Source: Acanthaster planci (lineage: Eukaryota). From it: DNA of 64,000 nt. The position numbers were made by a program, and so were the translations under genes. Numbering within the stretch: position 1 is the stretch's first letter; every line of letters starts with the position of its first letter. The DNA is taken from contig NW_019091361.1 of NCBI RefSeq assembly GCF_001949145.1, forward strand, positions 2,465,825 through 2,529,824, read 5' to 3'. Positions 1 through 13,000 of the stretch are shown here, piece by piece. Below the pieces are notes generated by a model. The model was not told the DNA's origin. It ran no database searches and saw only the letters and a program-made list of their open reading frames with translations.

Positions 1-813
1 TCAAGTCAAAAAGTGGTAGTGCATCATCAGTATCGGGGCTGTGATCAAGACCTACTTGTCTTGCTGCACAGATCACAGGAGTATTGAAAGACTTGCGGGC
101 GTTTAACTGCAAGCATTCCCTAACAATGAATTTGATGTTTCTTCCTACGAACAACCTACTTTGCATGCACAAGTAGTGCATGTGAAGCTTAAGAATTTTC
201 AACTGTAGAGATTTAGTTTACTGATCAACAGTATGAAGCATGTCATTTCTATGCCAAACCAGTAGGTCAGTTATAAAAATCAGAGTATGGCAAGAAAGGT
301 GTAGTTGTCTTTTTTGTCAAAGAAGTTAGACTTTTCATTTCTTTCTTTGTAAATAACTTCAAACTTTTGTAGTAAGCAACCTACATAATTCTTGCACATG
401 CTATATTCCTCGGCTGGAATAGCCTTGGATGTGGACATGGGCATAAGCCTAGGCACTATTAACTTGAATGTCCGTGGTCATTAAACCATGGATCCTCCAG
501 CCAATCGACTTCATTCTGTCCAATGCATGTGACTGCCTGGATGGTCGGGGTTCAAGCAGTGCAGAATGGTCTATCGCAGGACAGCAGGTCAAGAACGTCT
601 CTCTCCTTCCTCATTTTCACCAAGTGATACCGCCTGACATCGGATGGAATGATTTTACTGCTTGGTACTTGGTGGGAAACCTCATGATTCGCACAGCGTG
701 TCGACATTTAAAGTGCTGATCCAGACTTTCCTGTCAAGTCAGACTCCTGACTTTACTTTCCTTCGAACGTCAGCCTTTCTTCCAAAAGTCGCTCTTGGAA
801 TCACATTAGCTGT

Positions 814-3800
814 TCACATTTTTTCATACGACAAAGTATGCTGACATGACGTACACGTTTTGGAATACATATCACTGTCTTCATCGTAAACCTCTGGTCC
901 ATAGGTATGCGTATGGCTTTGAGTGTCCTTCGTCCAAAGGCTGGAGCGTACAGCTCGTCTTAAATCTGCAGAAACAGATTTATAAAATCTATAAGATCAC
1001 CTTAGGCATTCAACAAACAAACTTTCAAATCGAACCTTCTTCAAGTAAGTTACCTTTAACCTGGTTTACATTTCTTGAGATATCCACTTTGCTTTCATGT
1101 GTTTACTTCTTGGGAGAGGCAATTAAAATGCATTAAGACAGCTGCTTTTAACGGACTTCCTGACTGTATAAGGTGGGGTATTCCTCAGAAATTTCTGTTT
1201 TGATTCTTTGATTAACCAAACGAATGAAGTACAATCATTGCCTCTGAATATCCTGAAGGATTTTAATCTGATTACAACCTTGTATTTATGGCAAATTTTG
1301 TATCTAACAGCGACGGCAAGTATCACCGTTTGGCAGGCAAAAGTAATGAAAGAAACTTACTTTTGACCTTCTTGTCAAATTGCTTTTGCTTAGCTTTTTC
1401 TTTGTTTGCCTCACGTTGTTCTTTTTCTTGTTCAATCTTCTCCATACTTCCCCACACCTCCAGTGCCCGTTTCTCAACCTGTGTGAAAAAAAATGCATAT
1501 TCCATCTCATCTTCATATCCCAGTTTAAAGTGTTTCATCAGTTATTTTTAAACATTTTCCCCCAAACAGGTAGCTTTTCTCCAATTTTATGCCAAAGAGT
1601 AGCAGTAATCAGTGATCATTTCATGGACCATGAGTTCTGTATGTCTTTGCACTAGTACGCCAGTTCATCACGCTCCTTTTTTGAGAGGACTATTCGTTAA
1701 TCTTCCCAAATTCTTCCCTCTGCTGGAGGAGGCATCATTACCATCACAAAACATCATAGGTCCAGCAGGATCGTGACATCACAGGAAAAATGTCTATTGC
1801 AGACTACCATAAGCATCCATACAGTCGCAGACTAAGATCAAAAGTTAGTCACAAGATCGTCCCAATACGAGGGTGGTTTGCGTTGGTGGGATGAGCGTTT
1901 TGGCTACTGGCGCAGGTGGATTTTCAATGATGGGGGGGGGGTTTGCTAACCTGTAGAGCTAGATACAGCTTCATGTCTCCCCATCTTGGATTGTGTGGGT
2001 TCTTCCTGACAATGAACTTGAGAACGGGCTCCCTCCTCTCGAGGTCAGCATCTTTCAACAGATACGACTGCTTGGCATCGGTTTTGGTCATGAGCGAGTG
2101 CTTCCCTTCAGAGTCTCTGAAAAATCAATGAATTCACATTTCTAATGATGGGACACTGTAGTGGGAGATGTACACTTCAAATACTGGACTTTATAGGCAT
2201 CGTTTCCTGGATGCTCAAAGGTTTGCTTCAGTGTGACTTACTAGGGTAGGCAAGCTCAGTTTGTGGTGACAGTACTGAGATACAAGGCAAAGCCAACACT
2301 TAAGTGATTAGCATAACTAAATGGGCCACGTGACGAGTTAAACATTTATTAATAAACTATAATTCAATAAGGTTGCCAAGGATATGTTGTGTCAAGGTCA
2401 CTAAATTATGCAAGACTGCACAGCTACCAATCACAGAGGTACAGTGAGACAGGCAAAATCATTGAGGAAGAACCTGTGTTAATAAAACAATTTTGCAAAT
2501 GATGACTGACAACAGTTATATGAATGACAGCACAAAACTGAATACTGTATCACATACTGTTAGAAGATCGCTGTTCTAAACTTTGATTCTTTCTGGAAAC
2601 TATCACGGAAAAAGGTCTATTGCGGACTACCATAACCATCCGTACAGACTCACACTAAGATCAAAAGTCAGTCTTTTGCTTCTTTCCGGAAACTATCACA
2701 GGAAAAAGGTCTATTGCGGACTACCATAAGCATCTGTAAAGTCGCAGATTAAGATCAAAAGTCAGTCGTTTGATTCTTTCTGGAAACTACTGTTGGACTT
2801 ACCTACATTCATCACACACTTCATATTCAAAGTGTGAATAGATGTATGAATCTTGGAAGCCTTTGTTACATTCCACACACACTGACGGTGCGCCACCTAG
2901 CAGTGGGCCTGGAGGAAAAAAAATCAACAGCATAGGAACCAATAAGGCTTGGCATATGTCAAAGAACGAGATTGCCGAGTCTGGTGAGTACTGAGTGAAG
3001 CCATGGGTCTTAAAAGTACTCTTCATTTGTTTACCCTGTTCACTGTGTTGAACAGTTAGTCAACGTCCAGTTTAGACAAGCTTGGTTGAGTTCAAGTCCA
3101 ACACAGATAAGTGTAGTGAGGGGTGATTGAGCCTTTTGGCTGCACCTGAGTTACTTGGCTGTGGCTGGAAAGTACATGTCTGCCTTTGGAAACCGTAAGC
3201 TAGTGACTTCAACTGTTTTCTATATACCAAAGCCCTATCACATCTAGCTGTAGCCAAAAAAAGGGCATGGCTTCTGACTGGGTCACATACAAGTGATTCA
3301 ACTTTGGCAAGGTCTAGTACCTGGCTCGTGGACGATCTTGACCTGGCTGGACTCATCCTCTTCGGGTTCCTCCTCCAGCAAGAACCCTGCCCCTGTGTCA
3401 ATCACTCTGCCTGAGGAAGCTGCTTTCTCTGTCCTGAAATCATTTAACCAAAAAATATCATTAAAATGAAGCAGGACGTTTGCATGAAAGCTTGCAACTT
3501 GTTTTAATTTGGCGGGGAGCTCCAACATCTCCTCTTAGGAAATGAAATGAATCTCTTTTTTGGAACGTGCTGATACACCTGAGGGAACAGTTTTTAAGTC
3601 TTTGATGTGCTCATGCTGTTAAATGCTGTTAAATTCATGGCAGGACCATTGCTTAGGGCCATTGGGTTTAAGTTGAATTCAGCAACTGGTAGAAAAGATA
3701 ATGTTGCTCGGCTTTTTGATTTAGCCGCCAATCAGAGACAATTCAACAAATTTAAGGTTATGACGAACATGCCTGCGTGCTTACACAAGAGCAGACTGAC

Positions 3801-4111
3801 AGCATCCACATTATCTGTAAGTCTAGTGTCCCAGAAGGCCTGCACTGGATAACCTCAACGATGCCCACCTGTCTTCCCCATGGCTTACTGAATAACCTTG
3901 ACAACACCCACAGACCTGTCCAGAAGTTTGGTTGGAGAGTAAGGCCTTTAGTGATCAACCAATGCAACACTCACCTATCTGAGGGTTTGGTCTGTGGGTA
4001 CGGCCTACTGGACAACCTTGCTTGGCGAAGTAACAACGCTCGTTGTCTGTTCTTCTCAATCTTAGCTCTCTGTGCATCGGTCAGGGTGGGTTTTGCTTCA
4101 ATTCCAGACAT
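814..4111 (-). CDS. XPA: DNA repair protein XPA (nucleotide excision repair), 6 coding exons, 263 aa
   Basis: Hand-spliced exons (minus): 3975-4111, 3321-3433, 2803-2908, 1951-2116, 1361-1478, 814-965; all GT-AG, phases consistent, 792 nt. Recognised motifs: N-terminal [23 protein letters not shown]1-binding DTGAGF plus acidic tract, C4 zinc finger CVEC-x17-[25 protein letters not shown]-terminal [10 protein letters not shown]...[13 protein letters not shown]. Confidence 0.97.
1778..1850. repeat. Dispersed partial copy of the 94-bp unit in the neighbouring XPA intron
   Basis: atcacaggaaaaatgtctattgcagactaccataagcatccatacagtcgcagactaagatcaaaagttagtc closely matches 2696-2767. Confidence 0.85.
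2582..2789. repeat. About 94-bp tandem repeat (2.2 copies) in an XPA intron
   Basis: The unit tttgattctttctggaaactatcac(a)ggaaaaaggtctattgcggactaccataagcatc...taagatcaaaagtcagtc repeats at about 2582, 2675 and (partial) 2769. Confidence 0.9.
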
Positions 4112-5744
4112 TGTCAATTACCTACAGATTAATAAAAAAAGTCAAATAAAGAAGACTGAAGTATTCTCGTTAGCAGAGAACTGTTAAATCAAACATGGCA
4201 TTCAAAGCAGACATATCAAACTTGGGAGGGCTCGCACTTTCCTCCAAATAACCAGACTCTTAATAATTTTGTTACGACTCCTCTTGTTCGGGAAGAATTT
4301 ATGTACATCTTGAGGTTATCAGTCAGTCGACCTGCATGATTGGTCAATCACTGGATCCAGTCAGTCAATTTTTCGGAACACATTGTCACTAATTCTGTCA
4401 TCAACCGATCACCTTTCATTTGTAAATTGTAATTCGTGGTTGTGGATGACTTTGTTTTAGAAAAGGGAGAATTATGTCCAAAATATCTTACATGATTGAG
4501 CAATACTGCAGTGCAACTGATTTCTCATTGGACTGAGTCAATTTGAATAATTCACTACTCGAATATTCAACCTTCAACTCGATCGAATATCCAAACGTTC
4601 AGTTGTACTGACCAGCAGATCATTGATGAACAAACCATATACAAAATCAGTTGCAATAACGCACACAATTGTACGTTATAATTGCTATAACAGCTTCTCA
4701 TTTCTATGACTATCTCTAGCCATGATTTAGTAATATTTAACAGAATAACAATTTACTTCTTGCCCCGTTGACAATTTATTCCTTTGAAATTTTTTAATGA
4801 ATTACTTTTGAATTGTTGTAAGATATTCTCACGGTCGGGATTACATCACTGAGTCTTGATTCCTGTCTCTGACTGGTCTATTGCTGGCTACTCCATATTT
4901 CACAAACGAAACTCAAAGGGGAAAAAGTAGTGTTCCAGTATATGGGGAAAATCTGAATGACTGAATATCAAATATGCTCGAAATTTCACTATTTATGCGC
5001 TATGAACATCTCCCAGACCATACCGGAAAGGTTTCAGTTTTTTTATCAAGTTGCAGCAAAAAGGAGGAAAACATGCAAATCCCTGTACAAAGTGAATGGC
5101 GAGTTGCCCCTTTGCCAAACTGAGAGTGCAATAAATGGAACAACCTCCGACCGCAAGAATATTACATGTATTGTCACTTTTCATTAAAATTTGCTTGAAA
5201 CAAGGCTCCATAGTGTGATTTTTCTCATTTAAAACAAAAGAAAATTCTCTCTTCCTTTTCACGAATTTTGCATTCGAATATTCAAATTAGGAAAATAATA
5301 TTCAAATTGTTGATAATCGATCGATTATTTGGATGTTCGACATAGCCCTAATTTCTCGTTGAGACTGACCAATCAAACCTAACAACATGAACAAAGCAGA
5401 GAAAAACTGGCAGTTGATGTCACAGAACTCCATTCCATTGTTGTCAAGTTTGTTAAAGTTCCTATTCTGCACCACTTCCCAGATTCTTGCTGGAAATATC
5501 CACACATCTCTCCTTTTTCAAAACAGTCTCGCACAACCATAAATAAGATAGAAAAGATGACCAGACAACGGTGGAACAACCAGCAGATTGAATGTAATCT
5601 CAACACGCCATGTACATGAAAAACCCAGAAATGGATGACAGTAATGATTCCCTAGGCTGCAGTAATTTATTAGCTTTTTGACAGGAAAATGTCATAACAG
5701 TCACATTTAGCAAAGCAAATATTGAAGTAGGCCTATATCAATAA

Positions 5745-5819
5745 GAAAACACTCAGAATTTCCATACCAGTCTCAAAGGGGATGTCAATTAAGAGGCATT
5801 CGTATACTGAATTCTTTCC
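5745..5819. mobile_element. Truncated copy of the promoter-proximal MITE in XPA intron 1
   Basis: gaaaacactcagaattt ... gaggcattcgtatactgaattctttcc; one TIR only. Confidence 0.55.
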
Positions 5820-6629
5820 AAAAACCCAGCTCTAAGGCTTGTGACAAATGGGGGAGGAAAACTTCCCCAAATCCTGAATCATTATCGTGATTTTTGAGCA
5901 CTGGACAGGAGTTTCCAAGCAAGAGCTATAAGCCTAATAGAGCATGAGTGATTTTGCACAATGGTAGCTAGATAGGCATCATGCAATGGAAAAAAGAGCA
6001 AACATTGCTCCTTTTTCCTTCCCATAAATACATGTAGGTCGGATAGTGCCTTTCTACCACTGAACAAAATGATCTCTCATATGGTGGTAGCAAAAAGACT
6101 TATTTTATTCTTATCTGAGATCTTAAGATCATTGCCCAATATTATAAAGACGAGGCACGTTTGTAGAGTCCAAGCAGACTAGAAATTACTTCAAGAACCC
6201 TTTCAAAGTAATGGAAATCAAAACTCAAAAGTTAAGACACCATGACATTGATTACATGTAGATACATTATTTATTACTTATATAATTACAAAATAATATA
6301 TCTATTATAATATTTAATTTAATAATTATATAGGCTATTAGTAATGTCATGTGGTCACAAAAGCTTCGCCATGTTCACCACCTTCTCGACGCAGGCCAAC
6401 CTCCGCGAAGTTAATTCCCAGCCCAGTCATGCAATGCTTCATATCAAATATAAAGCAGTGACAAAGTCAAGAACGAACGGTGTCTCCCTAGCCCAGGTTG
6501 GACGTCATGGCAATGTTTTCATTTCATTACGACTACACTACATGTATAATCAAAGTCAAACGTCCAGGGTATATTAAAAGTTGTGTGCAAAACGACCCGA
6601 AATTTGGTTCTAATTTGTTCTTGGTTTAC

Positions 6630-7069
6630 CTTGTTGAAGAAACTAACGTAGTACGGTCAGGGAGTGTACCTGGGCTAGGTGTCTCCCATTTACCATAAAA
6701 CATAAATATTTTCTGGTTTTCCAACAAGGTACGCCTGTAGTTACTCTCCGAGCATGTTCCGAGCTACTACGGGGTGACATAAGTCCAAGAAACGTGTGTT
6801 GTAGGCATATGCTATGGCTACGTCTTTGCACGTGCTCAGCTGTTTTGTAAACGGGAAAGACCTAGCCCTAGACACAATCTTGCCACAGAACTAATTAAAA
6901 TAGGCCTATTGGTGGCGCTATTGCCACAATAGCGACTCGAATTGGGTGTCTTCTGCTCGTCTTTCAACCTTGGAAAAGGCACGCGAATTCTCTTTATCAG
7001 ATGTCAGGAAACCAGATGTTTTTTGTTTTTCGTGAATGGTACAGGTGTTGAACTTCTTAACGAATTGTA
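6630..7069. promoter_or_regulatory. Probable bidirectional promoter between XPA and FOCAD, including a candidate non-coding first exon of XPA
   Basis: The XPA ATG exon has a splice acceptor 10 nt upstream of the ATG (4122-4123), so a 5' UTR exon must exist. A minus-strand donor AAG|GTAAAC lies at 6630/6629. The region is locally CpG-rich and the FOCAD ATG is at 7070. TSS positions are not determinable from sequence. Confidence 0.55.
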
Positions 7070-10000
7070 ATGGCTGAAGATCTGAAGCGGCGCTTGCATT
7101 TCGGCGATCCTGGTCTGCGCTTGGGAGCTGCAGCCAAACTCTTCAGTCAAGTTGTGAAAGAGAAAGAGAAAATTGTAGGGAATAGTGGTCCCATCAACAG
7201 TCAGACACCCCAGGTAAATCTGATCAAGATTCACATGCAGAAAGTCAGTTTGGACTAAAATCATGTAGATCCTTAGGATGGGAACGAAATCTTCCGGTAC
7301 GGACATCAGAAAGTGATAACATCATCATCATCATATCCTAAATACTAAAAATACATGTAGTAAAAAAGGCAAATTTAAGAAAATATTGAAGTGTTTTCTC
7401 AGAGAATATTTAGAGTTATTTAATCCAATCTGAAGAATGTTGTATTCTCATTCTGACGCCACTTAATTAATTCCATGAAGAGAGTTCAATATACGGATGC
7501 CACTTAACACCCTGTGCACAAAAAAAACCCCTATAAGACTGGTTCTGAACAATTCTACATGTTCTAAGTGTTTTCGTAGTCGACAACTTCGTATTTTCCC
7601 TTTTAATTGAACTTTTCTGGACATGTTTTTGCTTTCTGATGGCTAATAGTAGGGAATAGTTACTGGTGCCCGTATATATGGAACTCTTCCTAATTTCTTT
7701 TTGCATCATGATCCGATGATAAGCCAATTTCCCATTCTGTCGCCATGTTGATTTTAGTACCCCCACGCGAGTACGTGAACAAAGCTTGTAGGGAACAAAA
7801 TGTCTACAACAATAACAATCGCAAGCAACCATTTGCCAAATGCTATGTAACGTTGTTGTCATGAATTTGTTCCCTTCTGTTAAATCTTCTAAGCATGCGC
7901 ACATAAAATAGACTTAGGCCTACATGCATGTATTGTGTCCAACGTATTCAAAGTTGATCAGTCTATGGAGAGTCAACAACATTCAGCCTGCAAACATTTG
8001 CAAATTATTTGCTAACATAGTCTTAGGCTTAAATTGGAAAAGTTCAGTTACAGATTCATTACTTACAGTGCTTACACATACCCTTTTTTTAATACAGTTG
8101 ACCTTCACTAAGTTAATAATTCAAGAAAAAAGAGGACACTGGCTCACAGCATACTCTAAACACTGTAACATTCACGAAAGAGAAGGCTTTGGTATTTTGT
8201 CTCATATATAATGTTAGGTAACAGAAAAGTTTGGAAAATCTGCTGTTTCTAGATGGCGGTACTGATAGTGTACACTACTTATCAACATACATGTAGAGCG
8301 TGTTAATCTTGTTGTTGCCCAGAAGCATTTAAATGTCATCTCTCCAGTTAACAGCAAAGAGTTCTGATTAAATTTCCCTTTTGTGGTGGTTGAAGATAAC
8401 AGAGCTCAAGATCCTGTGGGACCAGTGCACAGTCGAGTCCAACTCAGTGTCAGTCGCCTGCAGTGAGACCCTTGTCTCACTCGTCCGTGATGGCCATGCC
8501 GACTTTTCCTTTGTCATGAAGGGCCTCCTCAATGTCATCCCATCAGCTGTTAACTGCCTGGGAGCTGTCAGAGCACTCAGGCAACTGCTGCTTCTGGACA
8601 TGCAGGCCTGCATCGCAAGCGAGGGGACTTATCGCTGTCGGTTTGGGCTGAGGTAGAGCTCCTGCAGATTGTAGATAACCAGAGTGGGCGGAGATTTCGG
8701 TTGATCCTCACCATGAGTCCAGAAGGAAGCTAACAAAGCTTCAGCTGTTTCATTTATTTCTTGTTATAAACAGTATCATTTTCATCTTCAAATGATTGCA
8801 TTTTCTCTCTAATTCACAGCTGTGGAAGATTGTTACAATTAAGGGAAGTAAGGTTAGAGTTTTCATATGCTATCAACTAGTACCACTATTAAGTATTTCT
8901 GGTAATGAAGCCAAGGATGCCTCAAAACTAAAAGTGCCGTAGGCGCTGTAGCTCTCAAGCCTGATAAATATTGTAGAGAGGAGACAATGAGAAGCAATTA
9001 CAGCTTTAGAAGTGGGAGGAAAACCCCAGAGGAACATTCTGGGCATAATCCACGAAATCAAGCAGGGACTTGAAAACCGAATCCACATATGGACTGAGCC
9101 GGAAATCAAACCCGGACCGCAGAGATAGAAGGCGAAGATAGAGCCACTATGTCAGTCTGACTCCCCAACTCATAGTGCAACACGATCGTGCTGATCGACT
9201 GATCACACCCAACAATGTCATTATTTGACACTGACTTACATTTGCAGCCTATTTTCAAATACATGTAGCATATTACAGTTTTGACGAATTTTTTCCGTAC
9301 ATCTTTGCACCAGCCTGTTTTTGGATCTGTGAGGGCTTAAAGAAATTAAATGGGAACGGTGTTTTGTCATTCTAGTTAGAATTAACCGCTTTAGCTACTT
9401 TGCCTCGGACTTGGTGGCTTCCATTTTGCCCGTAAAGCTGTGGTGTTGCGTGCTAGATCATTTCCCTTGTAAACAGAGTCATTCAAAAAAATGCATCACC
9501 CTGGAAACAAGAGTAGTTTTTGTTTTTTGATGCAGGAATCCTCCCCATCCTTTCATCTCGGCACTGACCAGCCGACCGGACTCTTGGCCTTTCATCTTGC
9601 AGGAGGTATCCAAACTTCTCAGCATGACAGACGCGAGGTAATTCAAGCTTCAATTACTCTAGACCTTGAACTAGAAGGAGGTTTGTGGCCTGTAGGGATA
9701 AGGGTTCGTGACTCATGACCACAGGGTCAGGGGTTCGAATCCATACGTTGTGGCCTTGGGCAGTCCACTTCGCCCCTAAGTGCTTCCCTCCAGAAGAAGA
9801 CGGGGACTGGCCTTAGCTGGGAGCAACCTGTGATTAACTGGCATCCCAGTCAGGAGGGGAATAGATACATTCATGTAAGGGCTAGCCTGATAGTAAAGAC
9901 ACATTTATTCAGAGCAGACTTTCGTAGACCTTGAACCACAAGCACACAAAGAGAATACAAGCTTTAACTCGCTTTTCTGACTTGTGCTGAGACTACCATT

Positions 10001-13000
10001 AATGCAATTTTTTGTGAAGATTATGTATGTTGTTGATTGGCAGGTACTCTTGTTATACTATGGATATGCTGGCTCCATTCCTGTCATATGTTTTATTGAA
10101 TCCAACCATACCACATCAGCTGACCACCTTTAAGGTGTTACTGGCAGAAACGCTGCTCCAAGTTGCTTCATCCACAAGTCCTGTTGCTGTTGATGCTTGC
10201 ACTTTTTTCCTGGATTGCCTGCATCAAATTAAGGTGTGTGGCCAAACTCATGTTGCTCCTATCCTGTCCTTGAAAATGGCTACAAACTAACGTTATTTAC
10301 ATCAAACGTTTTCCCCGTATGAACCGGTGTAGTTACGCCGTAGGCCTCTGGTGTTGCTGTTCTCCCCCAGCTGTATTTGATTATAAAAAGATGTTTTCTT
10401 GAGTTGCTAGCACTTTTGTGCTATCCTTTGTGTCATCTTTTGTGCGTAACATTTAGATGGGTTGTGCCCATTCTGTTGGAAGTTGGTCACATGACCATGG
10501 CTCGTCTTGTGCACGGGGCTTTACCTTGGTGTGAGTGATTGAGTGCTTTTATATACCTGTATGTGGTGTGGCTTCAGTTTGTCCTTCTGATTCCCTGTTA
10601 GAATTCATCACCATCCCTCCATCTCCACTAGGCCCCTCCCCCTCAAAGAGTCTCTTCTGTCATTCTTGATAATTGTCATTTTGCCAAGATTGAAACTAAT
10701 TTGAAAAAAATCTTGAAAGTAACAGAAATGCAACAATCAGTGAAATAACTCAAGATTCTTATGGAGATATATTTGCTTTATAATCAGTTCTTCTCAACAC
10801 CACTGATCTGAAAAAGAGAAGTTAAAAAACTATGAATACTGACAGAACTCAAAAAGTTTAAGTGTGTTTGTTTCCTTATTAGATCGACAGCTTACATGAA
10901 CTCAGCGAAGTCAATTCCTATCTCGTCAAATTGGCGAGCATTGCTCAGACTCACAAGGCGAACAACACAACTTTGCTGAAGTCACTGTCTGCGGTGGCTT
11001 TCTCCTTATGCAAAGAGTGTGTGACACTCGGCCATGACCTGACCCCTTGCCTGAAAGTCATAGATTCGGTGATAGAGTCACACAGTGCCGATCTGGTGGA
11101 CGAGTCTGTGGTTTGTTTCCTGAGCTGGCTTACCCTGAAGGCGCTGCCTGACCAGCTCAGGGGACTACTGTGTGTGGGTGAGTTGGGTCCTATTTGCTGG
11201 ATAATGCGCCTTCTATTTGTCTATGTTTTGGTGTCCTTATTGGTCTTGAATGGAAGAGATCTACAGTGCAGTGAAACCGTGGATTATAACGAGGTACTCA
11301 ACTGCAGGTGCACAGAATGCTGCAAAATGTTAGCACAGTCACCATACAAATATTGGTAAAAGTTTTTCCATAGGTTTGTGCCTAAGCACAGATATATGCC
11401 CAGTAATTATAAGATGATCCTTGCATTGAATATATATATGGCAAGTCCATGCAACAACCTGTTATAAGCCACTGGTGAACTCCGCCTGGTACCCAGAGCA
11501 TATTTTGTGTTAAGGTTACCAGGAAGAAGTATCCAATGGCGGAAGAATGGTTGTCGCTCATGCTTCCTGTTCCATGCAATTGTGCCATGGGCTTATCAGA
11601 AATGGTTTTTAGAGTGGCTCAGAATTATTACTTTTGCAGCTCAGAAAGTTGTGACCGCTTGTGAACATGAGGCGCAGGGCTGTGCATCGAGCCTCAAGAT
11701 GTTGATCCTTCCGCTGCTGTGGATTGTATCCACACCCATTCATGAGGAAATCGCCATGGAGAAGCAGGAAAGATTGGCCAATCAGAGACAAGCATCGCAA
11801 CTCCTATCAAATGTCAGCAGAATCATCCAACAGGCAAAGAGACCACAAGTTGGACAAAAGGTATTCTACACTCTTAGAACGAAACCAACTCAGTGCAGAC
11901 TGTATTTGAAAATTACCTTAGAACTTGTTTAAAAAGTTTTCACAACATGCAATAATAATAATGCTTATTATAATTATGCCTGCACATTGGGCTCACAACA
12001 ACTGAACATTCCTGAAACCATTTTTTTAAAAAAAATTTGCACATATTTGCATCTTTGAGTGTCATCAGCACACCATTAGTGGACTGGTAGTTGATTTAAA
12101 CCTACCTTGGACCTGTGCTATGACATTTAAGTGCGAATGCATCTCTTGTCAAACTACAGTCAAACATCATCAGGCAACTTATGGTCCTTATTGATAACGG
12201 ATGGTGCACCCAATGTCTCTTGGCTGGTTCCAAGGGGTTGACTAATCTTTTTCAGTGTTTATCAGCCAGGTTTGGTTCAATCAGACTCGGTCAAACTATG
12301 GTCGATGAGAGTTCTCAATCAGACTTACTCCTTGTTGTAGACACAGCATTGCGTAAGTTTGTATATCTTACCATTAGGCAAAGACGTTTTCCAGGCCAAG
12401 CCTGCATGCGGGGTACCAGCTGATGCAGAGCTGCGGTCATCTCTCCCACACCCTCCTGAGTGACCCCACCGCTGCCCGTGACTGGCTGTCCAACCTGCAG
12501 TCAAATTTGCCCTCTGTGGACAGCGTACCTGCTCTCGTTGTGCTGACAGTGTCGTCTCTATTTTGGGAGCCAGAAGTTGAAGTGGCTCGAGCATCACTGA
12601 ATGTATTGATTAACATTGCCACGCAAGATTGCTCCTGGGTAAGTGGGCTCGTATGACCTACAAACCCAGACAAACCCACACAAGAAACAGGATTTTTCCT
12701 GTGCTTGATAATCTATCTTTAATTCAAAACCATTCCTCTACACTAAGTGTCTGCTTATACCCAATGACAGTACTATGTTATAAGAAGAAAAGGAAACATA
12801 ATGTCTTATCCAATGAGGTGTATGTAGCAATTAATGACTGTTTGATATTTTGTGTGAGTTGATGCCATGCTTTACATCAATTAATCACACACACATTTAT
12901 TTCCTCTTCATGGCAAAAAAATATGTATGCTTGTTTATAGTATGTTAAATTGTAAAGCCACAGAGCTGGAAAAACCTTCAAAACATAGCTTGAGACAGGT

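Noticed and set aside
2582..2789. Repeat array as a possible CRISPR
   Set aside because: Eukaryotic intron, contiguous about 94-bp units without unique spacers, and no cas genes.
3385..3402. XPA ERCC1-binding motif reads TGAGF rather than TGGGF
   Set aside because: Single conservative change; no basis to call it unusual without an alignment.
9685..9750. tRNA gene (B box GGTTCGAATCC; also 61405-61415)
   Set aside because: No closing acceptor stem, and the sequence continues into SINE body motifs.
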